The position numbers and the translations under genes are program-made. This document shows positions 9,806 to 19,818 of a DNA stretch of 54,965 nucleotides, piece by piece; within the stretch, counting starts at the first letter, position 1, and each line of letters starts with the position of its first letter. Source of the stretch: Candidatus Nealsonbacteria bacterium (GTDB lineage Bacteria > Patescibacteriota > Minisyncoccia > Minisyncoccales > JANBVM01); the NCBI GenBank assembly GCA_047456315.1, contig CP179889.1, positions 1-54,965 on the forward strand. Reading direction: 5' to 3'. The notes under the pieces were generated by a model, which saw only the letters and a program-made list of their open reading frames with translations, had not been told where the DNA came from and searched no databases.

Positions 9806-12800
9806 TTAGGGAACAACCTCCTCCCATTCAGGCAAAGGAATAGTAATCTGCAATTGATAACTCTCTGAATCAGTTCTTCCAGCATTGTCTGTAATATCTA
9901 AAGTTACTGTACCAGAATTAGCACTAAGATTAACGAAGCTCGCTGAAGGATTCTGCTCATTACTAGAAGAAGGACTACCATCCTCGAAAGTCCAGTTCCA
10001 GCTACTTACTGCTGTTGAACCTTCTGAAATGACAGAAGTATCCTTAAAATACACTGCCTCACCTTCAGAAGCTACAAAGCCATTACAGCTCTGCCAACCT
10101 CCATCAGAATCAAAAGAACACTGGAAATCAGCAGCTATTTCTCTTCTTACATAAAAGTTCCTATTTAAACTATCAGTTGCCCCAACACTATCTTCAACTG
10201 TTAAAGTAATATAATAATTCTGGCTGGCTGGTAAAGTAGGTAGCAATAAATCACATATTCCTTCATTTTCTGGAGTTACTGGATTATCAGTACAGATAAT
10301 ATAAGGGTCCTGCCAAGGAGTAGCGTCTTGATAAAAGATTGACCAAGTTGATTTTACAATATCATTATTATCATCTGGTGGATTTGTTGAATTAGGATCA
10401 GTGGAATCATTTAAGAAATAAAACTGGCAGTTTCTGTTATAAGCAATCCAGCTTCCATCACATGCTGAACCAGGACCGCAGCCTGAACCATCACAGGAAA
10501 CAGCAGCAGAAGGAGGATCATTCTCACTAATATTGATTTGCTTGGTACAAACATCTGGACAATCACCTGGAGTTGAAGTCCATGCTCCATCATTGTCCTG
10601 AACCCTTAACTTAGCACAAAAGATTCCTGAGTTATTATAAGTATAATTAATAGTATTTTCTGAACTAATAACCGGAGAACCTTCTCCAAAATCAAATTCA
10701 TATTGAGTAATTGTTCCATTATCATCATGAGCTGAACCAGTAAATAATACGTTTAAAGGCGCTACTCCTGAATCAGGTGTTGCATCTAAAGAATCACAAA
10801 CAGGTGGTATATTGCACTGAGGAGCATCAACGATAATATTTGGCTCACAGGGCTGTCCTGTTCCAGTTCCAGTATCACAATTACAACCTACAATACAATC
10901 ACCAAAATCAGGATAATCATAATAATCCTGACCCACACAAACATCAGGAAGACACAAGCAATCAGGACAATCTGGGCCTAGTGTACATTCACCTTCACCC
11001 TCGCAAACTCCCCACGAACAGGTTAACAAACAGGTCTGCTCTCCACAATTACCACAGCTTCTAACGCTGTCTTTAACACATTCATCTGTTGGGCAACTTG
11101 GCCAAGTGCTGTCTGCTTGACAGGTTATTGTATGAGAGCACCCCTGAGGCGAAGTACAGTTGGTCTGTTGTCCAGGAGTACATTCTGAGGCCACTACGTT
11201 AATATTTGCAGTATCTTCAGCACTTCCTTCACCTCTTTGAACAAAAGCTTTAGAAACATAATCACCAACTGATGCATAGCTACAGACATCAACAGCAGTA
11301 TAATCATCAACGGTTTGATTGGATACTTCTAATTCCCAGATGCTATCATTTGTACAGTCAAGTTTATAATTAATTGCACCAAACATTGAACCAGCCACAA
11401 TCGCTCTTAAATCAACACCTGACAAAGAGTCAGTGCCAAAAGCTGGATCAGCAGTAAGGCCAACAGAGATGGTTGGATCATTCACTGTTACAACTAATGT
11501 GTCTTGGGTGTGTTCTGTGCCATCAAAAACATCAACTGAAACATTGTAAGTGTTGGCACTAGCATAATAATGAGATGGGTCTTCATCGTTTGAATTGGGT
11601 GTTTCATCAGCAAAATCCCAAGTATAAGTCAAAGGATCATCATCTAGATCATAAGCACTAATATTAAACTTAACAGAGCAATCGGTTTGAGTGGTTGGAT
11701 CCATACAGCAAACAAACTGATCAGTACACTGCTGGTCTGGAGTAGAAGAATGAGCAGTATAATAATTTAAACTAGTGATACTTGGCGCACTATTTCCAAG
11801 ATTTTCAGCAACACTAACCAATACTTCATTACCCCATCCCACCTTTCCCGCTGCATCTCTACAGGCAAATTTCATATAATAATCATCAGAAGTAGCAAAA
11901 ATATAATTAACTTCAATGGAAGTAGGAAAAATAGAAACAGGGTTTGGTTGTGGTTGATAAGTTCTATTTTTTTTATAAAGCCAACAAGCAGAAATACTAC
12001 CTGAATCATCTAAAGATGCAGTAAATGTTTGCTCTATTCCCTGAGTAGCAGTTAAGGGAGAAATCTCACCAACAATGGGGTCTGTAAAATCAATATTATA
12101 ATATTGAATTGAACTAGAACTGTTTTCTTCAAAGTATGGGGAATGCCAATTATCAGCATTATCCTTAGAACGGATATATGCCCAGCAAGCTTGACTTCCT
12201 TCATAAGGACAGTTTCCGCCTGCGCCTACAGTAATAGTTTGAGATGAGGTATTGCATGTTCTAGGCTGCCAATCAGTTGAATACTCACAGTCAGGACTAA
12301 TAGGCTGACAATTATAAGAAAGAACTTTATATTCGCAGTAATCAAGACCTGAATACAAATCTTCATCAAAGGTATCAAGGGAAAAATCGTCAGTATACCA
12401 ATTTCCTGATACTGGTGATTGTATTTGAGAGGTTGGTTGTGTTTGATCTATTAATGCTTTAATTGGTAAGTCCTCGGTCCCCATATTATCCGCATTGTCT
12501 AAAACATGAAGTCCGTACCACCGTTTACCATCCTCTAAAGGAGAATCAGAAACAGAGCTTGTCCATAAATCAGAATCAGCTGGAGCATTATAGTTTCCAC
12601 CAACTTTTGACCACACACAACCATCTTTGTTTGTATCAGAGCAATCTGTATCATTATAAAGAGCTTTCCAAATCTCAACATGGCTTAAATGAGAACCCCC
12701 TGAATCACTAACAGTCCATGAAACATCAAAAACCACTGTACTGCTAACCCAGTTAGGAGAAGCAGGATTAATATTAAAAACATCAACAACTGGATCAATA

Positions 12801-13354
12801 GAATCGATATCAATCACCACCTTGTAATCTGAAGTCCCACAAACTCCCCTGTCAATACAATTAAAACTAATCCAGCCAATTACTGTGTCTGACCATGCCC
12901 AATCTTTAAACTCGTTAGTAGGTGAGATTGAGGTGTCCCGAAAAACCCCGTAGCTTGTATCTCTTAGCTTTATCCACGCATCTGCGTCTAAAGCTTTTGC
13001 CCAGCCAGAAGCTTCATTTGATTGTAAATCAAGTTTAGCAATAAAATCCTCGCTACCATCATAAGGAGGGGCAGGTGGGGCTCCGGTATCACTGCGTTCA
13101 AAACTAATCCAGCCAATATTTTCTGACCAAGCATAACCTGAAAAAACTCCTGTTGAAGAGTCAATATTAACACCATAAATTATTCCTCCGCCACCACTTG
13201 TATTATTAAAACTAATCCAGCCAATATTTTCTGACCAAGCCCAACCAGAAACATTATCATCTACTCCTGCATCTATTGGCCAGGCAATAAAAAAACCTAA
13301 AACAAGAAAGCTTATCAGTAAAAATGTTTTGTTTTTATTTGAAAAAAAACTCAT
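9806..13354 (-). CDS. Large secreted, pilus-cluster-embedded protein (1182 aa from the preferred start). It carries an N-terminal signal/anchor, four Trp-rich repeats, a Cys-rich module and three PKD-like domains. Candidate pilus-associated adhesin.
   Basis: The ORF-track protein runs 9806-13441. I prefer the start at 13354 (MSFFSNKNKTFLLISFLVLGFFIAWPIDA looks like a signal peptide), because the upstream 29 codons overlap the pilD 3' end. Repeats are SGWAWSENIGWISFN, SGYAWSENIGWISFE, SGWAKALDADAWIKL and KDWAWSDTVIGWISFN. PKD-like segments are PLTYTWDFADETPNS...VSVDVFDG, PLNVLFTGSAHDDNGTITQYEFDFGEG and WNWTFEDGSPSS...TLDITDNAG. Confidence 0.85.
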   Translation of the reverse strand: MSFFSNKNKTFLLISFLVLGFFIAWPIDAGVDDNVSGWAWSENIGWISFNNTSGGGGIIYGVNIDSSTGVFSGYAWSENIGWISFERSDTGAPPAPPYDGSEDFIAKLDLQSNEASGWAKALDADAWIKLRDTSYGVFRDTSISPTNEFKDWAWSDTVIGWISFNCIDRGVCGTSDYKVVIDIDSIDPVVDVFNINPASPNWVSSTVVFDVSWTVSDSGGSHLSHVEIWKALYNDTDCSDTNKDGCVWSKVGGNYNAPADSDLWTSSVSDSPLEDGKRWYGLHVLDNADNMGTEDLPIKALIDQTQPTSQIQSPVSGNWYTDDFSLDTFDEDLYSGLDYCEYKVLSYNCQPISPDCEYSTDWQPRTCNTSSQTITVGAGGNCPYEGSQACWAYIRSKDNADNWHSPYFEENSSSSIQYYNIDFTDPIVGEISPLTATQGIEQTFTASLDDSGSISACWLYKKNRTYQPQPNPVSIFPTSIEVNYIFATSDDYYMKFACRDAAGKVGWGNEVLVSVAENLGNSAPSITSLNYYTAHSSTPDQQCTDQFVCCMDPTTQTDCSVKFNISAYDLDDDPLTYTWDFADETPNSNDEDPSHYYASANTYNVSVDVFDGTEHTQDTLVVTVNDPTISVGLTADPAFGTDSLSGVDLRAIVAGSMFGAINYKLDCTNDSIWELEVSNQTVDDYTAVDVCSYASVGDYVSKAFVQRGEGSAEDTANINVVASECTPGQQTNCTSPQGCSHTITCQADSTWPSCPTDECVKDSVRSCGNCGEQTCLLTCSWGVCEGEGECTLGPDCPDCLCLPDVCVGQDYYDYPDFGDCIVGCNCDTGTGTGQPCEPNIIVDAPQCNIPPVCDSLDATPDSGVAPLNVLFTGSAHDDNGTITQYEFDFGEGSPVISSENTINYTYNNSGIFCAKLRVQDNDGAWTSTPGDCPDVCTKQINISENDPPSAAVSCDGSGCGPGSACDGSWIAYNRNCQFYFLNDSTDPNSTNPPDDNNDIVKSTWSIFYQDATPWQDPYIICTDNPVTPENEGICDLLLPTLPASQNYYITLTVEDSVGATDSLNRNFYVRREIAADFQCSFDSDGGWQSCNGFVASEGEAVYFKDTSVISEGSTAVSSWNWTFEDGSPSSSNEQNPSASFVNLSANSGTVTLDITDNAGRTDSESYQLQITIPLPEWEEVVP

Positions 13355-13400
13355 ATAGAAGAATGGTCTAATTATTACTATTTTAGCAAAGACCCATAAA

Positions 13401-14198
13401 TTAAGAAATACCAGGCAGGTAAAACTGTAAATAAAAATCAATTATCAAATTTTCAAAGAATAAAGCTAAAAAAGTGCCAAGAACTAAAAATGGTCCAAAA
13501 GGAATCTCTGATTTAAAAGTCTTTTTGCCTAAAACAATCAAAATTACTCCAATTATTGCGCCAATAAAAAATGCTGAGAATAAAGCAATTAATATTTTAG
13601 GAAAACCTAAAAACAGACCCATAAAAAAAGCTAGCTTCACGTCTCCCATGCCCATCCATTTGCCCTGGGAAACTGAAACTATTAAGAAAAAAAATAATGA
13701 AGCGCCTAAAGCAGAATAGACAGCGCTCAGCACCTTGTCTTGAGTATAGAACTTTAAAAAACCCGTTATTAATATGAGCGGAAAAATTACTTTATCAGGA
13801 ATTATGTAGTGCTTAAAATCATAAGTAAAAATAATTATTAAAAAACTAAAAATAACAAATAAAAAACAGGTTTTAAAGAGGATAAAAAGGGAAGGATTGT
13901 ATAGCAATAAATCAATATTCTGAGAAACTATTAAAACAAACGAAATAGCTGTGGCCAGTTCCACTAAAATATATTGAATTGATATTGGTTTTTTACAATA
14001 ACGGCACTTGCCTTTTAACATAAAAAAACTTATCACTGGAATCAAATCATACCACTTTAAGTTTGTTTTACATTCCGGACAATATGATTTACCAAATAAA
14101 AAATCCTGGCTTATTGAAAGCCTATAAATCACTGAATTTAGAAAAGAGCCAATAATTAAGCCAAAAATAAAAACTAAAAGATAAATTAAAAATTCCAT
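13401..14198 (-). CDS. pilD: Prepilin peptidase/N-methyltransferase PilD (peptidase A24)
   Basis: 265-aa polytopic protein with the Cys motif CPECKTNL...CRYCKKPI and the aspartyl protease motifs GMGDVKL and IPFGPFL. Confidence 0.92.
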   Translation of the reverse strand: MEFLIYLLVFIFGLIIGSFLNSVIYRLSISQDFLFGKSYCPECKTNLKWYDLIPVISFFMLKGKCRYCKKPISIQYILVELATAISFVLIVSQNIDLLLYNPSLFILFKTCFLFVIFSFLIIIFTYDFKHYIIPDKVIFPLILITGFLKFYTQDKVLSAVYSALGASLFFFLIVSVSQGKWMGMGDVKLAFFMGLFLGFPKILIALFSAFFIGAIIGVILIVLGKKTFKSEIPFGPFLVLGTFLALFFENLIIDFYLQFYLPGIS

Positions 14199-14250
14199 CT
14201 ATCTATTAAAATAAACTTCATATAAATTATCTTAACACTTTAGCTGATTA

Positions 14251-14285
14251 AAATAAAAAACTGACAACTAATGCTGAGCTGTCAG
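14251..14285 (-). terminator. Intrinsic terminator after the pilin gene
   Basis: The minus strand has CTGACA, a 13-nt loop, TGTCAG, then TTTTTTATTTT, located between the pilin stop (14317) and the pilD start (14198). Confidence 0.55.
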
Positions 14286-14316
14286 CTTTCTATGTTTTTT
14301 TTAAAATCAGTCAGAA

Positions 14317-14808
14317 TTACCAGATAAAACAAGTACATCCGAGCGAAGTACTTGGAACTGCAGCTAAACTTAGCTTCCTAGTGCCTGAATGAGTAGATAC
14401 GAAATAAATAGTATCTCCAGCTGTTGCGCTGTCTTCTTCCAGTGTTGCATAAGCGCAGAACCACTGACCAACTGAAGCATCATAACTATCAGTTGTACAA
14501 CTCAGATCGCCTGTGTTGTTTGTCCAATTGTAATGTGTTGTGCCTCCTAAAGGATCGTCAACGGATTGCAGATAAGTAGAAATAGCGGGAACACCATCAG
14601 CAGCAATATTTGTGAAATAAGCATCATTGTCTGCGTAATAAAGCTCCTCAGCAGTGCTAATCTGGCGCATATCAGATTGTCTTACTGCATCTCTGGCTTT
14701 TGCCCTTGCTCCACCTAAAGAAACTAAAACAATTCCGGATAAAGTTCCGATAATTGCAATAACTACTAGTAATTCGACTAAGGTAAATCCTTTTTTATTG
14801 TTCAACAT
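14317..14808 (-). CDS. pilA: Type IV pilin (major-pilin candidate)
   Basis: MLNNKKGFTLVELLVVIAIIGTLSGIVL has a canonical class III signal with G-1, F+1 and E+5. C-terminal Cys residues are present. The gene is followed by a terminator. Confidence 0.85.
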   Translation of the reverse strand: MLNNKKGFTLVELLVVIAIIGTLSGIVLVSLGGARAKARDAVRQSDMRQISTAEELYYADNDAYFTNIAADGVPAISTYLQSVDDPLGGTTHYNWTNNTGDLSCTTDSYDASVGQWFCAYATLEEDSATAGDTIYFVSTHSGTRKLSLAAVPSTSLGCTCFIW

Positions 14809-14867
14809 ATTTTTGAAAACTGTATATTTAGAATTCGACCTTTTTCTATTTTTATTACAAAATAATT

Positions 14868-15332
14868 TTATTGGGTAACATCAATTCCGCAACAATCAGG
14901 GTTTGAAGGCGTATAAGCTGATGCTGTTTTGGAAAATACTCCTTTATTTGAGCTACAAAACCAGGTATCTGCCAATGATTCTGATTTAACATAAAGACAA
15001 TAGTAAGCATCGGTTCCTTCTGTCCAGGTATACTGATAAGGAGCGGTATTTAAAGGGTCAAAGGGCATTGATGTTATGATTCTGCCAATTGAAGTTAAAG
15101 TATTTACTCCCTGAGTTGTATTAATATACTTATCAGTGCCAGCACCACAATTATTATCATTATAACATAACTCCATAGCAGTGTTAATCTGCTTGAAATC
15201 TGCTTTTCGTCTAGAATCTCTTGCCCTTTTTCTGGCAGGACCCAAAGTAACAAAAGCAACGCTAGCTAAAACAGCAATAATAGCAATGACAACTAAAAGC
15301 TCTATTAAAGTAAATCCTTTTTTTCTCCTCAC
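14868..15332 (-). CDS. Type IV pilin paralogue
   Basis: MRRKKGFTLIELLVVIAIIAVLASVAF. 154 aa with several Cys in the globular domain. Confidence 0.85.
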   Translation of the reverse strand: MRRKKGFTLIELLVVIAIIAVLASVAFVTLGPARKRARDSRRKADFKQINTAMELCYNDNNCGAGTDKYINTTQGVNTLTSIGRIITSMPFDPLNTAPYQYTWTEGTDAYYCLYVKSESLADTWFCSSNKGVFSKTASAYTPSNPDCCGIDVTQ

Positions 15333-15405
15333 AATTCTAATAATCTTTTTTTATTAAGTAATATAATTAATTTTAACACTTTTTTTCAAAAAAGGAATAC
15401 ACAAT

Positions 15406-16608
15406 TTAAATGCCAATGATCTGGTAAAGAGGCATTAAAATTGCAAGCATCATGCCCCCAACAACAACTCCCAATACCATAAGCAGCACTGGTTCTAAGA
15501 TTGCTAAAAAATTAGTGATTCCTCTTTCAACTTCTTTTTGATAGAACTTACCAATGTTCATCAAACTATCATCTAATCCCCCTGTTTTCTCTCCAACCAA
15601 GGTCATCTGAACAAAAACTGGAGGAAAAATATCTGGAGAAAGAGATAAAACCGACGAAATAGGTGTGCCTCTTCTAACCTCGCTTCTAATTACCATTATT
15701 GCTTCTTTATAAACAGCATTGCCAACAATGTTAGCAGAAAGCTCCAGGGATTTAGCAATCATCAGTCCTCCAGAAATTAAAGTAGATAAAGTTTCAGCAA
15801 ACCTAGCAAGATAAATAGTTTTTAAAAGCGGACCCAAAACAGGTATTTTAAGAGAAATTCTGTCGAAAAAAACTTTTCCTTTTTCAGTTTTATAATACTG
15901 ATAAATTATAAATAAAAGGAGTATTGAGATTGAAAACAGAAGAAGAGTGTTTTGTTTTAAAAATGCAGAAATCGCCATTACTCTTTGGGTAATTACTGGA
16001 ATCTCAACAGTACTCTCCCTGATCACTATACTTAATTGAGGAATAATAGTGTAAACCATCAAAAACATAATGAAAAAAACCATCAAAAGAACTAAGGATG
16101 GATAAATAAGAGCTCCTTTGGTTTTTGAAGCCAATTCATATTCTCTTTCCAAATGGTCAGCTAAATGAGTCAGTGATTCAGATAATTTACCGGAAGCCTC
16201 TCCTGCTTTTACCATTGCAACGTAGAAAGTGGAAAAGGTGTCAGGATATCTGCCAAGGGCTTTGGAAAATGAACTGCCTCCCTCTATTTCTTTTGACAGG
16301 GTAAAAATCTTTTCCCGAAGCACAAAATTCCTGGTTTGACCAGACATAACCCTTAAAGCTTCTGATAGAGGAACTTCTGAACCAAACATCATTGACAGCT
16401 GTCTGGTAAATAAAACAATGTCTCTTAAAGAAACTCCTCTAAAAAGCTCTAATCTTCTAGCGTAAAAAGGAACTTTGGCTTCTTCAAGATAAGTAACATA
16501 AAATCCATGTCCTTGAAGCAAAGAAAGAGCCCCTTCTTTTGAAGAAGCTTCTATGGCTCCAATTCTAACCTCTCCTTCTTTTGTTCTAGCTTGATAATTA
16601 AATTTCAT
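15406..16608 (-). CDS. pilC: Type IV pilus platform protein PilC (GspF family)
   Basis: 400 aa with duplicated GspF-type domains and three TM segments. Positioned after pilT. Confidence 0.92.
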   Translation of the reverse strand: MKFNYQARTKEGEVRIGAIEASSKEGALSLLQGHGFYVTYLEEAKVPFYARRLELFRGVSLRDIVLFTRQLSMMFGSEVPLSEALRVMSGQTRNFVLREKIFTLSKEIEGGSSFSKALGRYPDTFSTFYVAMVKAGEASGKLSESLTHLADHLEREYELASKTKGALIYPSLVLLMVFFIMFLMVYTIIPQLSIVIRESTVEIPVITQRVMAISAFLKQNTLLLFSISILLLFIIYQYYKTEKGKVFFDRISLKIPVLGPLLKTIYLARFAETLSTLISGGLMIAKSLELSANIVGNAVYKEAIMVIRSEVRRGTPISSVLSLSPDIFPPVFVQMTLVGEKTGGLDDSLMNIGKFYQKEVERGITNFLAILEPVLLMVLGVVVGGMMLAILMPLYQIIGI

Positions 16609-16611
16609 TTG

Positions 16612-17679
16612 CTAGCGAATAAGCATTCTTAACTCGCTTGGTGAAAGAGAATAATTAAGCGCATTTTCCAAAGAAATCTCTTTCTTTTTCACCAAGTCAG
16701 CTAAAGAACGATTTAAAGAAATCATGCCCAGCTCAAGACCTGTTTCAACCATCATTGGAATTTCATGAACCTTATTTTCTCTTATTAAATTAGCGATAGC
16801 AGGCGTGGCAATCATCACTTCACAGGCAGGTATTAATCCTCCTTTAATCCTGGGAATTAATCTCTGAGAAAGCACTCCCAGTAAAGAACCAGACAGCTGA
16901 GCTCTGACCTGATTCTGCTGCTGAGGAGGAAAAGAATCAACAATTCTATGGATTGTTTGAGAAGCAGAATTTGTATGAAGCGTTGCAAAAACCAGATGCC
17001 CTGTTTCAGCAGCAGTAATAGCTGTGGCAATTGTTTCTGGATCCCTCATCTCCCCAACCATAATTACATCAGGGTCCTGGCGAAAAGTAGAGCGAAGTGC
17101 TTTGGAAAAACTCAGTGTATCCTGCCCAACTTCACGCTGGTCAATAATTGCCTTGTCAGCAGTAAAAATATATTCTATGGGATCCTCAATAGTTAAAACA
17201 TGATCAGCCCTGCTATGATTGATTTCATCAATTAAAGCAGCTAGTGTTGTGGATTTTCCCTGAGAAGAAGGGCCGCATATCACAACAAACCCCTGGGTTG
17301 CTTTTGTGAATTCATGAAGTATTAAAGGAAGATTAAGCTCGTCAATTGTTCTTATCTCAGCTGGAACCAATCTTAAGGCGCAAGAAATATTTCCTTTTTG
17401 ACGGAAAATATTGATTCTAAAACGGGCCTTGTCGTCAAAGTTATATGAAAAGTCAATTTCTTTTTCTTCCAAGAACTTTTCCTTTTGGAAATCATTCATC
17501 AGAATAAAAGCAAAACCCTTGGTGTCTTCAAAAGAAAGTTTCGGCTCTTTTAATAAAGGGATTAAAGCTCCTGAAATTCTTAAGACCGGAGGATGGTCCA
17601 CTGATAAATGGATGTCAGAGGCCTGTTCCTTAATTGTTAAATCAAAAAGTTTTTTAATTCTGTTGTTATAATTTACCAT
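16612..17679 (-). CDS. pilT: Twitching-motility retraction ATPase PilT
   Basis: 355 aa with ASDIHLSVDHPPVLRISG, Walker A GPSSQGKSTT, the Asp box and the His box (ATLHTNSA). Confidence 0.92.
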   Translation of the reverse strand: MVNYNNRIKKLFDLTIKEQASDIHLSVDHPPVLRISGALIPLLKEPKLSFEDTKGFAFILMNDFQKEKFLEEKEIDFSYNFDDKARFRINIFRQKGNISCALRLVPAEIRTIDELNLPLILHEFTKATQGFVVICGPSSQGKSTTLAALIDEINHSRADHVLTIEDPIEYIFTADKAIIDQREVGQDTLSFSKALRSTFRQDPDVIMVGEMRDPETIATAITAAETGHLVFATLHTNSASQTIHRIVDSFPPQQQNQVRAQLSGSLLGVLSQRLIPRIKGGLIPACEVMIATPAIANLIRENKVHEIPMMVETGLELGMISLNRSLADLVKKKEISLENALNYSLSPSELRMLIR

Positions 17680-17682
17680 ATG

Positions 17683-18063
17683 TTATTTTAGCACCTTATT
17701 AATCTCTTCTATAACTTCTAAGGGAGTATAGTGGGCTTTAATAAGATACTTTACTGCGCCCAGCTTTAAACCTTTTTCAACCTCTTCTTTCTGTCCAAGA
17801 TTAGAAAGAACAATAACTTTTAAGTTTTTAAGTTTTTCATTCTCACTGACCTGTTTTAAAACCTGCCAGCCATCAATATTGGGCAGAACTATATCAAGTA
17901 TTAAAAGATCAAAATCTTTTTCTTTTAATTTTCTTAAACCTTCTTCACCGTCACTGCCAACCTCCACAGAAAAACCAATCTCTTTAAGCTTAGTAGTGTA
18001 GATGTCTATTAAAAATGGATCGTCTTCTATTAATAAAATTCTTTTCATATATTTTTCAAGCAA
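17683..18063 (-). CDS. Stand-alone response-regulator receiver domain (CheY/PilH-like)
   Basis: 126 aa with the acidic pocket IEDDP, the phospho-acceptor context LLILDIVLPNIDG, and conserved S/T (VLSN) and K (KYLIK). Confidence 0.88.
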   Translation of the reverse strand: MLEKYMKRILLIEDDPFLIDIYTTKLKEIGFSVEVGSDGEEGLRKLKEKDFDLLILDIVLPNIDGWQVLKQVSENEKLKNLKVIVLSNLGQKEEVEKGLKLGAVKYLIKAHYTPLEVIEEINKVLK

Positions 18064-18104
18064 AGTATAATTCTTAATTCTACAGATTATATAGAATCAA
18101 GCCC

Positions 18105-19817
18105 TTACTTTTCTTGGGTTACTCTTAAAATTTCTTCTATTGTAGTAATACCTTTTAACACCTTTAACATTCCATCTTGTCTGATTGTTGTCATTTGCTG
18201 TCTTTTTGCCTCTACTTTCAGCTGTTTTTCAGAAATTCCCTTTAAAATCATCTCAGCAAGCTCATCGGTCATTTTCAAAACTTCAAAAACACCAATCATA
18301 CCTGAAAAGCCCTGGTCATTGCAGTATTTGCAAGCCCCTGGCTGCCAGACAAATAAGGGCTCAACTTTAATATCTTTTCTAACTTCTTCAGGCAAGCCCT
18401 CTATTTCTTTTAAAATTAAGGTTCTAATTTCTTTTTTTGGCTTTATCTTTTTCTTGCATTTATCACACAACCTTCTTACCAGTCTTTGAGCTATAATCAA
18501 GCTTAAAGTTGAAGGAATTAAAAATGGCTGAACCCCTAAATCAATTAATCTTGGAATTACTCCTAGGGCACTGGATGTATGAAGCGTTGATAAAACAATA
18601 TGTCCTGTTAGAGCAGCATGAGTGGCTAAATCAGCAGTCTCTAAGTCCCTTATTTCTCCTACCATGATTATATCAGGATCTTGTCTTAAGATATGACGCA
18701 GACCCTTGGCAAAACTATAGCCAATATCTGGTTTTATCTGGGACTGATTCACTCCTGCTATAAAATACTCTACTGGATCTTCAAGTGTAATAATATTTAC
18801 CCCTTCTTTATTTAAACGCTGTAGGATTGTATAAAGAGTTGTTGTTTTCCCGCAGCCAGTAGGACCAGTTGCCAAAATCAGCCCATAAGGCCTTTTTATC
18901 ATTTTTTCCACTGTTTTTCTATCTCTTGAAAAAAGACCCAGTTCCTCAAATTTCTTTAAGCCGATTAAAGGGTTTAAAACCCTGATTGCTACTTTTTCCC
19001 CTAAAGTGGTGGGAAGAGTTGAGACCCTGAAATCAATACTCTGACCTTCCACTTTGGCTGAAAAACTGCCGTCTTGAGGAATCCTGGTTTCATCAATCTT
19101 TAAATTAGAAAGCACCTTGATTCTGGCAACTACTGATTGATGAACTCTCAGTGGTAAAAAAATAGAAGCGTGAAGAGAACCAAGCAGCCTGAAACGGATT
19201 CTTAATTTATCTTTTGCTGGCTCAATATGAATATCAGAGGCTTTGCCTTCTACTGCATATCTCAAAATTACAGCAACAACTTTTGCAATTGGAGCTTCTT
19301 CAACCAATCTCTCTATCTCAGACCTGCCGACAGCTTTTCTAACCTTCATTTCTTCTTCAAGTTCTTCTAGGGCCTTGCCCACTTCTTTTCGTAATGTTTG
19401 ATGCTGTTTTAAAAATTGGTTAAATGTGCTAAAAGTTATTAAAAAAATCTTGTAGTCGAACTTGCCTCTTCTTGCCAGAAACTTCAAAGCTTCCTGGGAA
19501 CCCAGGTCCTCAGGAAAAACCATACCAACATCCAAAACATTGTCCTTTCTTCCCAAAGAAATCATATTGTAATTGCTCGCAGTTTCCTGGGGAATAAGCT
19601 CTAATATCTCTAAAGGAACAGTTTTAGGATCAATGGTTTTTAAGGGAATTTCCAAGTAATCTGATTTTGTTTTAAATAAAAAATCCTCGGAAACTATTTC
19701 TTGTTTCAAGATTATTTCTTCTTCTTTTTTTGCAGAAGTTTTAATTTCTTTTTCTAAAACCTCAGCTTTAGATTTATCCAAAACTCCTTTTTTAACTAAT
19801 TCTTGTATTAATGACAT
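18105..19817 (-). CDS. pilB: Type IV pilus assembly ATPase PilB (GspE family)
   Basis: Walker A GPTGCGKTTT, a tetracysteine motif CDKC...CKYC and an N-terminal GspE_N-like region. The start is set at MSLIQELVKKG (19817), which abuts the upstream stop at 19819. The track ORF extends to 19880 and overlaps the upstream gene. Confidence 0.92.
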   Translation of the reverse strand: MSLIQELVKKGVLDKSKAEVLEKEIKTSAKKEEEIILKQEIVSEDFLFKTKSDYLEIPLKTIDPKTVPLEILELIPQETASNYNMISLGRKDNVLDVGMVFPEDLGSQEALKFLARRGKFDYKIFLITFSTFNQFLKQHQTLRKEVGKALEELEEEMKVRKAVGRSEIERLVEEAPIAKVVAVILRYAVEGKASDIHIEPAKDKLRIRFRLLGSLHASIFLPLRVHQSVVARIKVLSNLKIDETRIPQDGSFSAKVEGQSIDFRVSTLPTTLGEKVAIRVLNPLIGLKKFEELGLFSRDRKTVEKMIKRPYGLILATGPTGCGKTTTLYTILQRLNKEGVNIITLEDPVEYFIAGVNQSQIKPDIGYSFAKGLRHILRQDPDIIMVGEIRDLETADLATHAALTGHIVLSTLHTSSALGVIPRLIDLGVQPFLIPSTLSLIIAQRLVRRLCDKCKKKIKPKKEIRTLILKEIEGLPEEVRKDIKVEPLFVWQPGACKYCNDQGFSGMIGVFEVLKMTDELAEMILKGISEKQLKVEAKRQQMTTIRQDGMLKVLKGITTIEEILRVTQEK

Positions 19818-19818
19818 A

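Noticed and set aside
13355-13441. N-terminal 29-codon extension of the large PKD protein as given in the track (start at 13441).
   Set aside because: The extension overlaps the 3' end of pilD by 41 nt and encodes a non-signal-like hydrophobic stretch. The internal Met at 13354 gives a typical signal peptide. The longer form cannot be excluded without data.
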